From: Pseudomonadota bacterium
GTDB lineage: Bacteria; Pseudomonadota; Alphaproteobacteria; UBA2136; JASBTF01
Direction: 5' to 3'
DNA: 64,000 nt
NCBI GenBank assembly: GCA_030148545.1
Contig: JASBTF010000002.1
Span: 49,218 to 113,217 of the forward strand
Shown here: piece by piece, positions 30,675 through 39,882 of the stretch
How positions within the stretch are numbered: position 1 is the stretch's first letter
Layout of the letters: each line of letters opens with the position of its first letter
Program-made: the position numbers and the translations under genes
Notes under the pieces: model-generated
Told to the model about the DNA's origin: nothing
What the model saw: only the letters and a program-made list of their open reading frames with translations
Database searches by the model: none

Positions 30675-31205
30675 ATGACCGATAATAAAACGCCTGAAAC
30701 CAGTGGTAATGAAACACAGGCAACCGAGCAAGCTCCAGCGCAAGCCATGTTCCGCATGGTAAGCCAATATATTCAAGATTTATCTGTAGAATGCCTAACC
30801 CCAGCAGCGTTGTTGAAAGACCAACAGCACGAGCTAGAACTGCAAGTGGGTGTGCAAACCAACCCGGTGGAAGGCCACGACAACCTATTTACCACTACTG
30901 TAATTCTTAGCGGTACTGGCCGTGCTGAAGGTAAAAACCTGTTTGTGGTGGAGTCTGAGTACACAGGTATGTTCCAAGCCGAGAATATTCCTGCCAACCA
31001 GTTGAAAGCTGTGTTGAGTATTGATGGTGCGTCACTAGTGTTCCCGTTTGCGCGCCAAGTTTTCCAAACCGCTATTCAGGAATGCGGCTACCGCCCGCCA
31101 TTGCTGGAGCCTATTAACTTTGGTGCTATGTTCCAACAGGCCCAGCAACAAGCTGCCGCCCAAGCCGAGCAACTAGCAAAAGAGCCCGCCGCCGGCGCTG
31201 CTTGA
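30675..31205 (+). CDS. secB: Protein-export chaperone SecB
   Basis: MFRMVSQYIQDLSVE...LVFPFARQ...PPLLEPINFGAMF matches SecB throughout. Acidic Gln/Ala tail. Confidence 0.85.
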   Translation: MTDNKTPETSGNETQATEQAPAQAMFRMVSQYIQDLSVECLTPAALLKDQQHELELQVGVQTNPVEGHDNLFTTTVILSGTGRAEGKNLFVVESEYTGMFQAENIPANQLKAVLSIDGASLVFPFARQVFQTAIQECGYRPPLLEPINFGAMFQQAQQQAAAQAEQLAKEPAAGAA

Positions 31206-31256
31206 GCCAAATAAAAAAAGCCCCAGCAGTAAACTGCCGGGGCTTTTTAGTTAAGG

Positions 31257-32744
31257 TTAGTTGCGTGGAGGGAGCTCTTCTTCACCGCCCGTTTCGCCGT
31301 CAGTCCCACCTTCAGCAGGGTCAACAGCTTCAGCTTCACCAGCAGTTACTGGTTCGACTGCGATAGAGCCAGTTTCTTGGTTACCTTTCGGCAATGGAAC
31401 ACCAAGCCGTTCCATCAAGCTACGACCTGCGTCGGTTTGGCCTGCTGCTTCAAGCATAGCACCAAGGTTGGTACCACCTTTTGCAGAGAACAGGTCGAAC
31501 AGGTTGTTGACGCCACCCATAACATCGCCGCTATTGGCGATAACTTTGAGGTCGGCTTCAACCAGCGCTTTCGCTTGCTCGAGGCCAACACCCTTGAAGG
31601 CGGCTACTGCGTCGACCGCGATGAGGTACTGTTGGTAAATCGGGTTGTTACCGATTTCTTTGGCCAACTCGATTTGAGCTTGAATTGGCGCCAGCTCCAT
31701 CAGCTTTTTGGCTTCAGCTTCGGCTTTACCTTTGACCTTGATGCCTTCAGCTTCACGTCTTTCTTCTTCCAGCTGACCTTCAGCACGGATGACCTGAGCT
31801 TCTTTGTCCTCAGTCGCCTTGACGATTTCTTGGTCTTTGGCGATTTCGGCAGCGCGGACTTCTTCCACACGTTTGACAGCCATCAGTTTTTCCGCCGTTT
31901 CACGGGCCTCTTCCTGAATTTGCTGTTGGGCTTGCTCGTTGGCGATGCCGACAGCACGCTCTTCTTCAGCCTTGCGTTGGCCGACGACCTTTTCAGCCTC
32001 GATCTTACGCTCATCGATCGCTTGTTGAGCAGCGATTTCAGCTTCTTGAGCAGCACGATCGTTGCCGGCGATTACCTCGCGGCTTTCGCGGTTGATGTCA
32101 GACTGCTTCTTGGCCATGATATCATGGATTGCCGTGCTGCCCTCGGCATCACGAATATCCATCAGTTCCAGGTTTTTGACTGTTTCAACACCCCAGTCGG
32201 CAAGTTGGTCCTTCAATGCTGCAGTGAACTGTTCACCGAAAGTGTCGCGTTCGATCATGATCTCATCAATGTTGCGTGAAGCCAAAATGCTTCGGGCTGA
32301 GCCACGCACCATTTCAAGCAGCTGGCTTTCCAGTTCATGGATATTATCGACGCGTTCGGCAGCCTTATTGGTATCAACAATACGGAAGAACGCCGTAATG
32401 TCGATCGCCAGTGGCACCCGATCTTTGTCGTAGGCGCTGTAGTTTTCGATCTTTAGGTCGAAGTTCGAGATCGGCAGTTCGATTACGGTAACACCAATCA
32501 TCGGGACCCACGAAGGCCAGCGATAATAAACGTTACCGTTGTTTGGCGTTGTTACCGCGCTGTCTGCATCAGACGAGCCTTTGCGGGCCTGACGACCACC
32601 GTAGGAAGTTGTCTGTGTTTTTGATTGCACGATGTGGACCATGTTGGTTGGCACCACCTTGCGGAAAATCATCGAGATGAAAATCCACAGAGTAACAATG
32701 GCAGCAAAAGTAATGCCAAGGGCGAGAATAAGTAGCGAGTTCAT
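31257..32744 (-). CDS. Flotillin-like SPFH/band-7 membrane protein (YqiK-like)
   Basis: N-terminal TM MNSLLILALGITFAAIVTLWIFI (ATG at 32744, gaaggg SD). SPFH domain, then an Ala/Glu-rich coiled coil (EAEIAAQQAIDERKIEAEK...) and an acidic tail. Confidence 0.8.
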   Translation of the reverse strand: MNSLLILALGITFAAIVTLWIFISMIFRKVVPTNMVHIVQSKTQTTSYGGRQARKGSSDADSAVTTPNNGNVYYRWPSWVPMIGVTVIELPISNFDLKIENYSAYDKDRVPLAIDITAFFRIVDTNKAAERVDNIHELESQLLEMVRGSARSILASRNIDEIMIERDTFGEQFTAALKDQLADWGVETVKNLELMDIRDAEGSTAIHDIMAKKQSDINRESREVIAGNDRAAQEAEIAAQQAIDERKIEAEKVVGQRKAEEERAVGIANEQAQQQIQEEARETAEKLMAVKRVEEVRAAEIAKDQEIVKATEDKEAQVIRAEGQLEEERREAEGIKVKGKAEAEAKKLMELAPIQAQIELAKEIGNNPIYQQYLIAVDAVAAFKGVGLEQAKALVEADLKVIANSGDVMGGVNNLFDLFSAKGGTNLGAMLEAAGQTDAGRSLMERLGVPLPKGNQETGSIAVEPVTAGEAEAVDPAEGGTDGETGGEEELPPRN

Positions 32745-32957
32745 TTGATACCCTTCAGATTTGTCGCGGCCGCTTCTCCTGTGCGACAAAATGAAAATGG
32801 AGAAGCCGTAGTAGGAGCACTGCACAGCGCAGTGCTTTCATGTCAAGTAAGTGGCTTTAAATAGCCACTTACTGAGAAATGTTGTGATAACAGAGGTTGT
32901 ATAAGATTGTATTCAGTGTTTGTCAAGGGGTTGAATACAAAAATTGAGAGTATTAAA

Positions 32958-33260
32958 TTATCCCTGCCAGCCGGTGGTGATGGTAAGCAGGCTTGGAATA
33001 ACCCCAAGGCGAATAAAGCTAATAAGCAGCAAAACAATCAGTGGTGCAAAGTCCATACCGCCAAACACGGTTGGTATTTTTTGGCGTACAGCCTGTATAG
33101 CCGGCTGCGTTAGAGTGTGAATAATCCGTACAATAGGGTTGCTTGGGTGGGCTTGTACCCAGCTTAGTACCACAGCTGCAAACAGCACAAAGCTGTAGAT
33201 CAGCAACAGGTTGTCCAAAATAACAACAACAGCAGTTAGCGCATTTCCAATAATAAACAT
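32958..33260 (-). CDS. YggT-family small integral membrane protein
   Basis: 100 aa, two hydrophobic segments, ...VLSWV... motif. ATG at 33260 with an aggtgag SD. The ORF-track start at 33308 is probably an over-extension. Confidence 0.65.
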   Translation of the reverse strand: MFIIGNALTAVVVILDNLLLIYSFVLFAAVVLSWVQAHPSNPIVRIIHTLTQPAIQAVRQKIPTVFGGMDFAPLIVLLLISFIRLGVIPSLLTITTGWQG

Positions 33261-33293
33261 GGTCTCACCTTTTCTTTTGAGAAAACACCCTAT

Positions 33294-33668
33294 ATGATGC
33301 AGCAACAAATGAAAAGAGAGGCTATATCCATGCTGACCCTGGCGCGTCGATTTACTGTTACCGCACTCATTGCAACAGCTGTTGCTCCAGCCCTGTGGGC
33401 GGAGGTTTTAGCACCCGATACAGTGGGCTGCATTACCCGTAAATCTTATGATCGCTATACTAAGCTTTCAGCCACAAGCCCTGATTTTGCTAAAAAATTG
33501 TTCGATAATGCCTCTTGCTACACACAGAAAAAACCTGTGGAAGCCGCAATTTTGAGCCAAGTTGGCGAAGCAACCAAGGTTGAGCTGCTGAATGGTTCTC
33601 GCATTTGGGTACCTACCAGCGCACTGCTAGAGAGTTTTCCAGCAGAAACTGACGCTGTAGCACAGTAA
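33294..33668 (+). CDS. Small secreted protein of unknown function
   Basis: Signal peptide LTLARRFTVTALIATAVAPALWA. Two Cys residues. First gene of the non-core region. Confidence 0.5.
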   Translation: MMQQQMKREAISMLTLARRFTVTALIATAVAPALWAEVLAPDTVGCITRKSYDRYTKLSATSPDFAKKLFDNASCYTQKKPVEAAILSQVGEATKVELLNGSRIWVPTSALLESFPAETDAVAQ

Positions 33669-33710
33669 TCCCCCTTGAAAATTCACACTTTCGCCTCATA
33701 ATAAAGGGGT

Positions 33711-35309
33711 ATGAAAATTTTGCGCTATAGCCTTTATCTACTGGTGTGTTTAGCGGTGTTACCGCTACAAGCGCAAAACTGGCGTGCGGATATTACACCA
33801 AATCAAACCATGCATGTGGAAGAGTGCACAGCACCAGTTAGCCAAAGTGGTGATGGGAACGATTATTGCCCACATAGCCGTGAGGCAAAGTTTGGTTGTT
33901 GGTGCCAAGATGTAAAATGTTACCCCAATGGTAAATGTGTGCGCGGTAAGTTAAAGCGTTGTGGCCCAGTAGAATGGCACGAAGTGGCCTATAGTGAGCC
34001 AGTAGCAGTTGCCGAAGTAAGCTGTAGTGCGGGGCAAACAGTGTTTAATGACTGGCAAGACCAGCTAGATGATCGTTTAAGTGATGTGCCTGCAGAGGCA
34101 TTAGAAAACCAAGCCTGTATTGATAATAGCGCTACGTATCGTGAAGCACGTGTGTGGAGTGCTTTGGAGCAGCAAACACGGCAGGACATGGCTACAGCAC
34201 GTGGTATCCCAGAAGAATTGATGGCAGAGTTATATCAGTGTGGTTATGGCGGTAAATATGGCCGCGATATTATGGATTTACATGGTGCTAAGGGCGGCGA
34301 AAATGATCTGCCGGATGGGCTGAAAGGTTTGCTACTAGCGAGCGAGCAAACGGATCTGCGTGAGGTTTGGCGTGGTTTGGGTGGCCAAGCCTCAGCCACT
34401 ATGCCAGATGGCGCGGTAGACTTGCTACAAAGCCTACTAGGTGAAGGTTATATTACCAGCGAACTCAAACAAAGCTTAGAAGAAGATAATCGCTTTTTAG
34501 ACGTTGAATGTACGCCGGGAGATGGCCGTGCTGAGTGTATTAAAGCCTGGGGCCAACCTGGCCCAAGTGGTTGGGTTTCTGGTGTAAATAGCACAGTTAA
34601 TCAGGCACTTATCGGCGCGCGCGGCTACCAAGCTGCCGTGGCAAAAGATGTGGCGGTACGCCACTTACCAGAGCCTGACCCAACTGATTTTGGCGAGCTT
34701 ATAGAAAAAATTAACGACGAAGCGCTTGGACCACACAACCATCCGGTACTGGCGTTAGTGCCGGCTACAGTGGCTATTCGCCCCGAGTTGGTGCAAAAAG
34801 CAACGCAAGAGGTGGCAACATTTGTGCCGGGTGGGCTGGTTAATCCTTTTCCACACCACAATGAGGAACAAAAATTTAACCTTGATTTTCCAAGGCTTTA
34901 TGGCGGTTCGGCAAATGAGCACCGAGGGTCTAAGTGCTATGAGTTAGGCGCTGGTACCGATGGTGATGACGCTGCTGACTGGTATAATTATAAGGATGAA
35001 ACTCGCACTGACGGTGTGTTTGGTAGTGTTTTGGAAGAAGCTTTGCGTGACCTATTAAACGTGGGTGGTAGTGGTGATGAAGCTGCCGATTATGCGGCGC
35101 CAGCCATGGTGATGACACTATGGAAAGACACCAGCTGCTGTTTGTATAAGTGCCCGGATGATAAGGTAAAAATCAGTTTAGACGGGTCGATTAAGTTTAC
35201 TTTTGTGGTTTATCCAGAGCCGCCAAATCGTTCTAACAAGTTGTTTTCATTGAAAAATCCTGGCGGTATATTGAGTAAGAAGCAATGGCATATCGATCGA
35301 TATTATTGA
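33711..35309 (+). CDS. Secreted Cys-rich protein of unknown function (532 aa)
   Basis: Signal peptide MKILRYSLYLLVCLAVLPLQAQN. A cluster of about 10 Cys in the first 100 mature residues. No catalytic motif recognised. Confidence 0.6.
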   Translation: MKILRYSLYLLVCLAVLPLQAQNWRADITPNQTMHVEECTAPVSQSGDGNDYCPHSREAKFGCWCQDVKCYPNGKCVRGKLKRCGPVEWHEVAYSEPVAVAEVSCSAGQTVFNDWQDQLDDRLSDVPAEALENQACIDNSATYREARVWSALEQQTRQDMATARGIPEELMAELYQCGYGGKYGRDIMDLHGAKGGENDLPDGLKGLLLASEQTDLREVWRGLGGQASATMPDGAVDLLQSLLGEGYITSELKQSLEEDNRFLDVECTPGDGRAECIKAWGQPGPSGWVSGVNSTVNQALIGARGYQAAVAKDVAVRHLPEPDPTDFGELIEKINDEALGPHNHPVLALVPATVAIRPELVQKATQEVATFVPGGLVNPFPHHNEEQKFNLDFPRLYGGSANEHRGSKCYELGAGTDGDDAADWYNYKDETRTDGVFGSVLEEALRDLLNVGGSGDEAADYAAPAMVMTLWKDTSCCLYKCPDDKVKISLDGSIKFTFVVYPEPPNRSNKLFSLKNPGGILSKKQWHIDRYY

Positions 35310-35860
35310 TTTTGCTTGGCTTTTTTGCCGGAGCACAAGCGCAGGTGCGGGTGTATGACCCGGCCAGTGGGCAGGATGTTTTTGCCAGTGAAGTAGTGCC
35401 ACAACCACAAAAAGCAACATCGGCTAAGGTGCCTACGCGCCGTGCTGCTGTTCAGCATAAGTCGGCATCACGTACTGATATGGTGCCGAACCGTGCCGAA
35501 CCATCGGCATCGCGCGGTAATGGACGCATAGAAATTTTTGTAAACCCGCAAGATTATGGCAGCAAGTTGGCCACATGGCTGCAACCTGTGCAACAATGGG
35601 GTATGGATTATGATGTGTACCTTAACGTGCCTAACAAAGCCGCGTGGCAGCAAGCGCAGGCAACGATGAGCGCTGCTACAGGAGTGGGGAAAAGTTACCG
35701 TAAAGATTGGCGCAATGCGCAGGCCCAAAAGCGTGGTGTGAGCCGTTACCCAGCACTGTGGTACCAGCCGCCACAGGGTGAGGCGAAGGTATTTAACCCT
35801 GATTATGAATGGCAAATGTTGGTAGATCATGCTTTGAAAAATGGAGCAACACGCCGATGA
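35285..35860 (+). CDS. Secreted protein of unknown function (191 aa)
   Basis: Signal peptide MAYRSILLILLGFFAGAQA. ATGA start/stop overlap with the next gene. Confidence 0.55.
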   Translation: MAYRSILLILLGFFAGAQAQVRVYDPASGQDVFASEVVPQPQKATSAKVPTRRAAVQHKSASRTDMVPNRAEPSASRGNGRIEIFVNPQDYGSKLATWLQPVQQWGMDYDVYLNVPNKAAWQQAQATMSAATGVGKSYRKDWRNAQAQKRGVSRYPALWYQPPQGEAKVFNPDYEWQMLVDHALKNGATRR

Positions 35861-36735
35861 AAGTAGTGCTATTTGCAATGTTGTTTTGTGCGTTGCCAGC
35901 TATGGCGCAAGAGCGCTGCTTGGATTACTGGCAAGTAGGTGAGTCTGGCTGCACAGGCCAGCCAGAGCAGGCGAAAGAAGCTGCAACACCAAGCCAAACA
36001 GCGCTAACGCTGGATGATCGGATTGATGATTTTATGGATGGCTATAACAAGCCGCCGCGTGAGTTTGTGGCATTTCATTTAGAACCTACGCTGGAAAATG
36101 CACTGGCATGGGTGGAAAAATATAACGAGATGAGCGAGCGCAATGTGCGTTTGTCTAAAGCGTGGCAGCAAGCGCAGGAGATTCATGGCAAAGCGGCAGA
36201 GCAAGGTGTGGCCTTGCCGGTGAGTATTACCCGTTTGCCCACGGTGCCAGATTTTCGTAGCCAAGTGCCAGCACCTTTGGCGCCAAGTACGCCAGTGTAC
36301 CGCCAACCGCGCCCGCAAGCGCCGGTGGTGGCACCAGAAGCTGCCGACGGTAGCTTAAACATTCGCCGTAGCCAGCCTGTGGTCGCTGGGCGTGTGGGGG
36401 CTATTGGTGAGGAAGATAAGATTGAAATTCGTTATTATTTTTCTATTCAAGGTCCGTATGACCAAGAGTTGATACCGCACCTGGCCCGCGCTCACCAAGA
36501 GCTGAAAGCCGTAACGCGGCTGGTTTGTGTGGATGTAACGCCCATAAACCCTCAGCAGGAAAATATTGCTGGCAAGTTAGATTGTGAGTGGCGCCTACCC
36601 ATACCGGGTGAGCTAGATTTGGTGAATATTCAGGGGACACCAACGCTGGTGATTAACCGCCCAGACAATACGCATGACCGTATTGTGGGGTTGATTGAAT
36701 CTGAAGAATTGAAACGGCGCATTTTAGGCCGCTAG
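35857..36735 (+). CDS. Secreted thioredoxin-fold-like protein lacking CxxC (F-plasmid TraF-like?)
   Basis: Signal peptide MKVVLFAMLFCALPAMA. The C-terminal ...LVCVDVTP...IQGTPTLVINRPD...EELKRRILG resembles the thioredoxin-fold terminus (cis-Pro/GTPT). No CxxC. Confidence 0.3.
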   Translation: MKVVLFAMLFCALPAMAQERCLDYWQVGESGCTGQPEQAKEAATPSQTALTLDDRIDDFMDGYNKPPREFVAFHLEPTLENALAWVEKYNEMSERNVRLSKAWQQAQEIHGKAAEQGVALPVSITRLPTVPDFRSQVPAPLAPSTPVYRQPRPQAPVVAPEAADGSLNIRRSQPVVAGRVGAIGEEDKIEIRYYFSIQGPYDQELIPHLARAHQELKAVTRLVCVDVTPINPQQENIAGKLDCEWRLPIPGELDLVNIQGTPTLVINRPDNTHDRIVGLIESEELKRRILGR

Positions 36736-36773
36736 AACTTGCAAAATGAACAGTATCGCCCTAGGTTAACACC

Positions 36774-37088
36774 GTGAACCAAAAGATTGATCGCAACTAC
36801 GAATATGGCCAAATTGCTCGCGAGCGGATGCTGTGGGCGATTAAACCAATTGGCCTTGTGGTATTGATGGTATGGGTAGTACACCCTGCGACAACCAAGC
36901 TAGATGTTGTAGACCACAATACGCTACTTGGGTTTTTGCTAGGGGCAGCATTTAGCATTGTGCTGAATATGCGTGTGCTGAAGTATTTTTTGGTAGTACG
37001 CCGGCAGAATACGCGTAACCAACGTAACCGTGTGCCAGATGAGTTTTACTTCGGCAAAATTATCGATCGCCTCTTTTCCAAAAACTAA
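36774..37088 (+). CDS. Small two-TM membrane protein (GTG start)
   Basis: 104 aa. Two hydrophobic helices, then a basic tail (RRQNTRNQRNR). Confidence 0.4.
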   Translation: MNQKIDRNYEYGQIARERMLWAIKPIGLVVLMVWVVHPATTKLDVVDHNTLLGFLLGAAFSIVLNMRVLKYFLVVRRQNTRNQRNRVPDEFYFGKIIDRLFSKN

Positions 37089-37379
37089 CGAAGTACCAGA
37101 TTTGGCGATTTATAGTCACCGCTTGGCACTTCAGTAAGCTCGTGTATGTTGTTCATATACACGTCGCTCACTTCGGCCCTGCAGCGGCGCCTCTAAATAC
37201 ACCAAATCTGGCACTTCGGAGGGGTTTCGTTGATGTATTATGTTAAAAACGCCCGTGTTTTGCATAAAAATTGTAAGCGCTTACTTACATTTGGTAGGCA
37301 AGACTGGGCTTGCATGGTAGCGCCAAAGCCCTATATGTTACGCACAGAGTTTTAAAACAGATAAGGAACAGGTTGGCCT

Positions 37380-38795
37380 GTGGCTGATATTAATCGCGAT
37401 GAAAATGATTTGCTGATTTCCAGCAATTTGATGACCCGTCACTGCATGGGTATTGCGGCTACGGGTGGTGGTAAAACCAATTTCCTTAACTTGGTGCTTA
37501 AGCAGCAGATGATGCGTGGCGGCGGTGCAATTCATATTGATGGTAAGAACAGTAAAGAGTCTATCTTGGAGTTTCTTAACCTCGCGCGCCAGCACGACCG
37601 TTGGCAGGACGTACGTATTATTAACATTGCTGATCCGACGCTTTCTAACACTTACAACCCGCTATTACGTGGTGATGCGGATGAATTGACGAGCCGTATT
37701 ATGGACTTAATTGCTGGTGGGGGAGATCCATTTTTCCGTGGGCAGGCTAGCCGTGGGATGAAAGCTATTTCTGGCGTGTTAAAGGCGATGAACCTGCCTT
37801 TTAACTTTGGTGACTTAAATGCGCTGATGAGTGACGAGCGTGCCATGCGCTGGGTGGTTGATAATGGCCCTAAACATACCAAAGAATACGTGGATTACAT
37901 GACGTTTTTTAACCAGCTGTTTGCGCCAAACCCGCGCACAGGTACGCTGGAATTAAACGAACGCAAAATGCAGCACACCTTTGGTGACCTGGGGAGCCGT
38001 TTGCATAGTTACTATGTGGGTGCTGCCGGCCGCGTACTGAACGACTACACCCCTGAGCTGGACCTATACCAGGCGATGAAGGAAAACCTGCTGGTGTATG
38101 TGGCCTTGCCAATGCTGCAAAAGAAAGAAATTGCGGTAGAGTTTGCTAAGTTCTTTATTTCTGACCTACGCACAGCTGTTGGGCAAATTCAGGATGATAA
38201 TTACAAGCCTTCACCTACTTTTTTGGTGCTGATGGATGAGTTTAGTAGTTACGCCATGCCGAGCTTGGCCGCGCTATTTGAGCAGGCGCGGAGCGCAAAT
38301 GTGTGTTTGTTCCCGTTTATTCAGACCATTTCGTCACTTTCGGATAAGGAAAACGGCCTGTCGCAAGATTTTGCCAGCAAAATTTTGGGGAATACCTGGA
38401 ACAAGATTTCGTTTGTGCTGCAAGACCCTGAAAGCTGCGAAGTGATGAGCCGTGTGGCTGGGGAAAGCTTGCAAGAGTCGGTCAGTGAAAGCTTTGGCGA
38501 TAGTATGAGCTTTGCCGGTGGTGAGGATGATGCCTCGGTATTGCGTACGGGTGGCCGTGGGCGTAGTTATGGCCGTAGTGTGAGCCACAGTTATGAGGCG
38601 ATTGTGCGCCCAGAAGATTTTAAAAACCTTGATACGGGTGAAGCGGTATTTATTGGTCGCCAAGATGTGATGAAACTTAAAGTACCGCTGGTGAAGCTGG
38701 ATAACTCGGATAAAAATCTCGATTTCCCTAAATTCCGCCTGCCGCAGCAGCAAGGTGTGGGTTTGGCCGAAAAATTCCACGACAAAGCCAAATAG
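37380..38795 (+). CDS. TraD/VirD4/TrwB-family (type IV coupling protein-like) P-loop ATPase domain without the N-terminal membrane anchor. GTG start.
   Basis: Walker A GIAATGGGKT 23 aa from the start. Walker B TFLVLMDEFSSY. TrwB-like FPFIQTISSL. No TM segment. No other T4SS genes nearby. Confidence 0.55.
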   Translation: MADINRDENDLLISSNLMTRHCMGIAATGGGKTNFLNLVLKQQMMRGGGAIHIDGKNSKESILEFLNLARQHDRWQDVRIINIADPTLSNTYNPLLRGDADELTSRIMDLIAGGGDPFFRGQASRGMKAISGVLKAMNLPFNFGDLNALMSDERAMRWVVDNGPKHTKEYVDYMTFFNQLFAPNPRTGTLELNERKMQHTFGDLGSRLHSYYVGAAGRVLNDYTPELDLYQAMKENLLVYVALPMLQKKEIAVEFAKFFISDLRTAVGQIQDDNYKPSPTFLVLMDEFSSYAMPSLAALFEQARSANVCLFPFIQTISSLSDKENGLSQDFASKILGNTWNKISFVLQDPESCEVMSRVAGESLQESVSESFGDSMSFAGGEDDASVLRTGGRGRSYGRSVSHSYEAIVRPEDFKNLDTGEAVFIGRQDVMKLKVPLVKLDNSDKNLDFPKFRLPQQQGVGLAEKFHDKAK

Positions 38796-38944
38796 CCCGT
38801 AGGGAGTAGGCACCCTTACTGATTTATGACTATTTTCTGGCGCCTGCGTGCTTCATGTAGCTTGCTACACTCCAGTGCTCGGCGCTGGCGAAAATACCCC
38901 TAAATACAGCAAATCTACCTATTCGTAGGGCGGGCTAGTAAATG

Positions 38945-38976
38945 CTAAAAACGACGAAAGCCCCCGCGAGGGGGCT
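38945..38976 (-). terminator. Terminator hairpin between convergent genes
   Basis: gccccc-gcga-gggggc. The T-tract lies on the minus strand (tcgtcgttttt). Confidence 0.6.
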
Positions 38977-38996
38977 CCCGAAGTGTAGTTGCTGGT

Positions 38997-39332
38997 CTAG
39001 GCGGCGTCGAGCATGCGGTCCATAGTTTCCGCTTCGAGTGCGCGGTTTTCGCGGTCCCTAGCCTGATAGTAGCTCAGGCGCATCGCCGCATCCCACAGGC
39101 CGTTTTCATCGAGGGTAATGTAGTCTTCGATAGGCAGACGTGTGCCTTGCAGATAGTTCATGAAGGCATCGCGCGCTTCGGCAGTGTCACGGGTGTTGAA
39201 GCGATGTGCATCATCTTCAATGTCGTAGAACACCGTGATGTAGATGCGGCCGGCGTTGAACTGAGCTCTCACCCAATTGTAGATACCAGTGATGTCCGCG
39301 GCGGCAGTGCCGTTAGTGCTTGCGTTAATCAT
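38997..39332 (-). CDS. Hypothetical protein (111 aa)
   Basis: ORF with a terminator. No motif recognised. Confidence 0.45.
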   Translation of the reverse strand: MINASTNGTAAADITGIYNWVRAQFNAGRIYITVFYDIEDDAHRFNTRDTAEARDAFMNYLQGTRLPIEDYITLDENGLWDAAMRLSYYQARDRENRALEAETMDRMLDAA

Positions 39333-39480
39333 AAGTGAAAACCCTTTGCAGGTAGATGAATCCAGTTTGTAGTTAACATATAGGGCGCTGTGGCGTGTTT
39401 ACAAGTGGGGGGTGTAAAAAATTCTAGCGCTTTGTCAGTTAGGGTTGCATACGTTTGTGCGCTGGCCTATATGAAAAGGT

Positions 39481-39762
39481 ATGGAACAGTTTGCCTATTT
39501 TTATGTGACCTTCTTGGAGCCAGCGCTTAAGTTTTTTGCGTTTTTCATGATTGTAATGGCGGCTATTTGGTTCCTGAACTTTATTCACGATAGCAAAAAA
39601 TATGGCGACATGGCGGTAAGCGTTTTTCAAGGTACCATTAAAGGTTTTGTGGTTACCGTGCAGTATATTGGCCTAGGTTTGTGGTGGGTCGTTATGTTCT
39701 TTGTGCGTATTGTGCGTTTGTTCCTAGCAACCTTGCGCGACTTTTTCACCTCACGGATTTAA
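39481..39762 (+). CDS. Small membrane protein (93 aa, 2 TM)
   Basis: Hydrophobic helices AIWFLNFI and VVTVQYIGLGLWWVVMFFV. Confidence 0.4.
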   Translation: MEQFAYFYVTFLEPALKFFAFFMIVMAAIWFLNFIHDSKKYGDMAVSVFQGTIKGFVVTVQYIGLGLWWVVMFFVRIVRLFLATLRDFFTSRI

Positions 39763-39882
39763 GCCGGCATCGCTACTTAAGTGCCTTGTGGTGGCTTTGC
39801 CAACTGCATAGCTATAGATTGCGAGCCAGCAGCTTGATTTTATAGTGTAAACCTTTTAAGGTACTGCAAACAGAAAGGTTTT

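Noticed and set aside
31377-32433. 300-aa and 123-aa plus-strand ORFs
   Set aside because: Antisense to the flotillin gene. Repetitive Phe/Leu/Ser translation typical of the reverse frame of an Ala/Glu coiled-coil.
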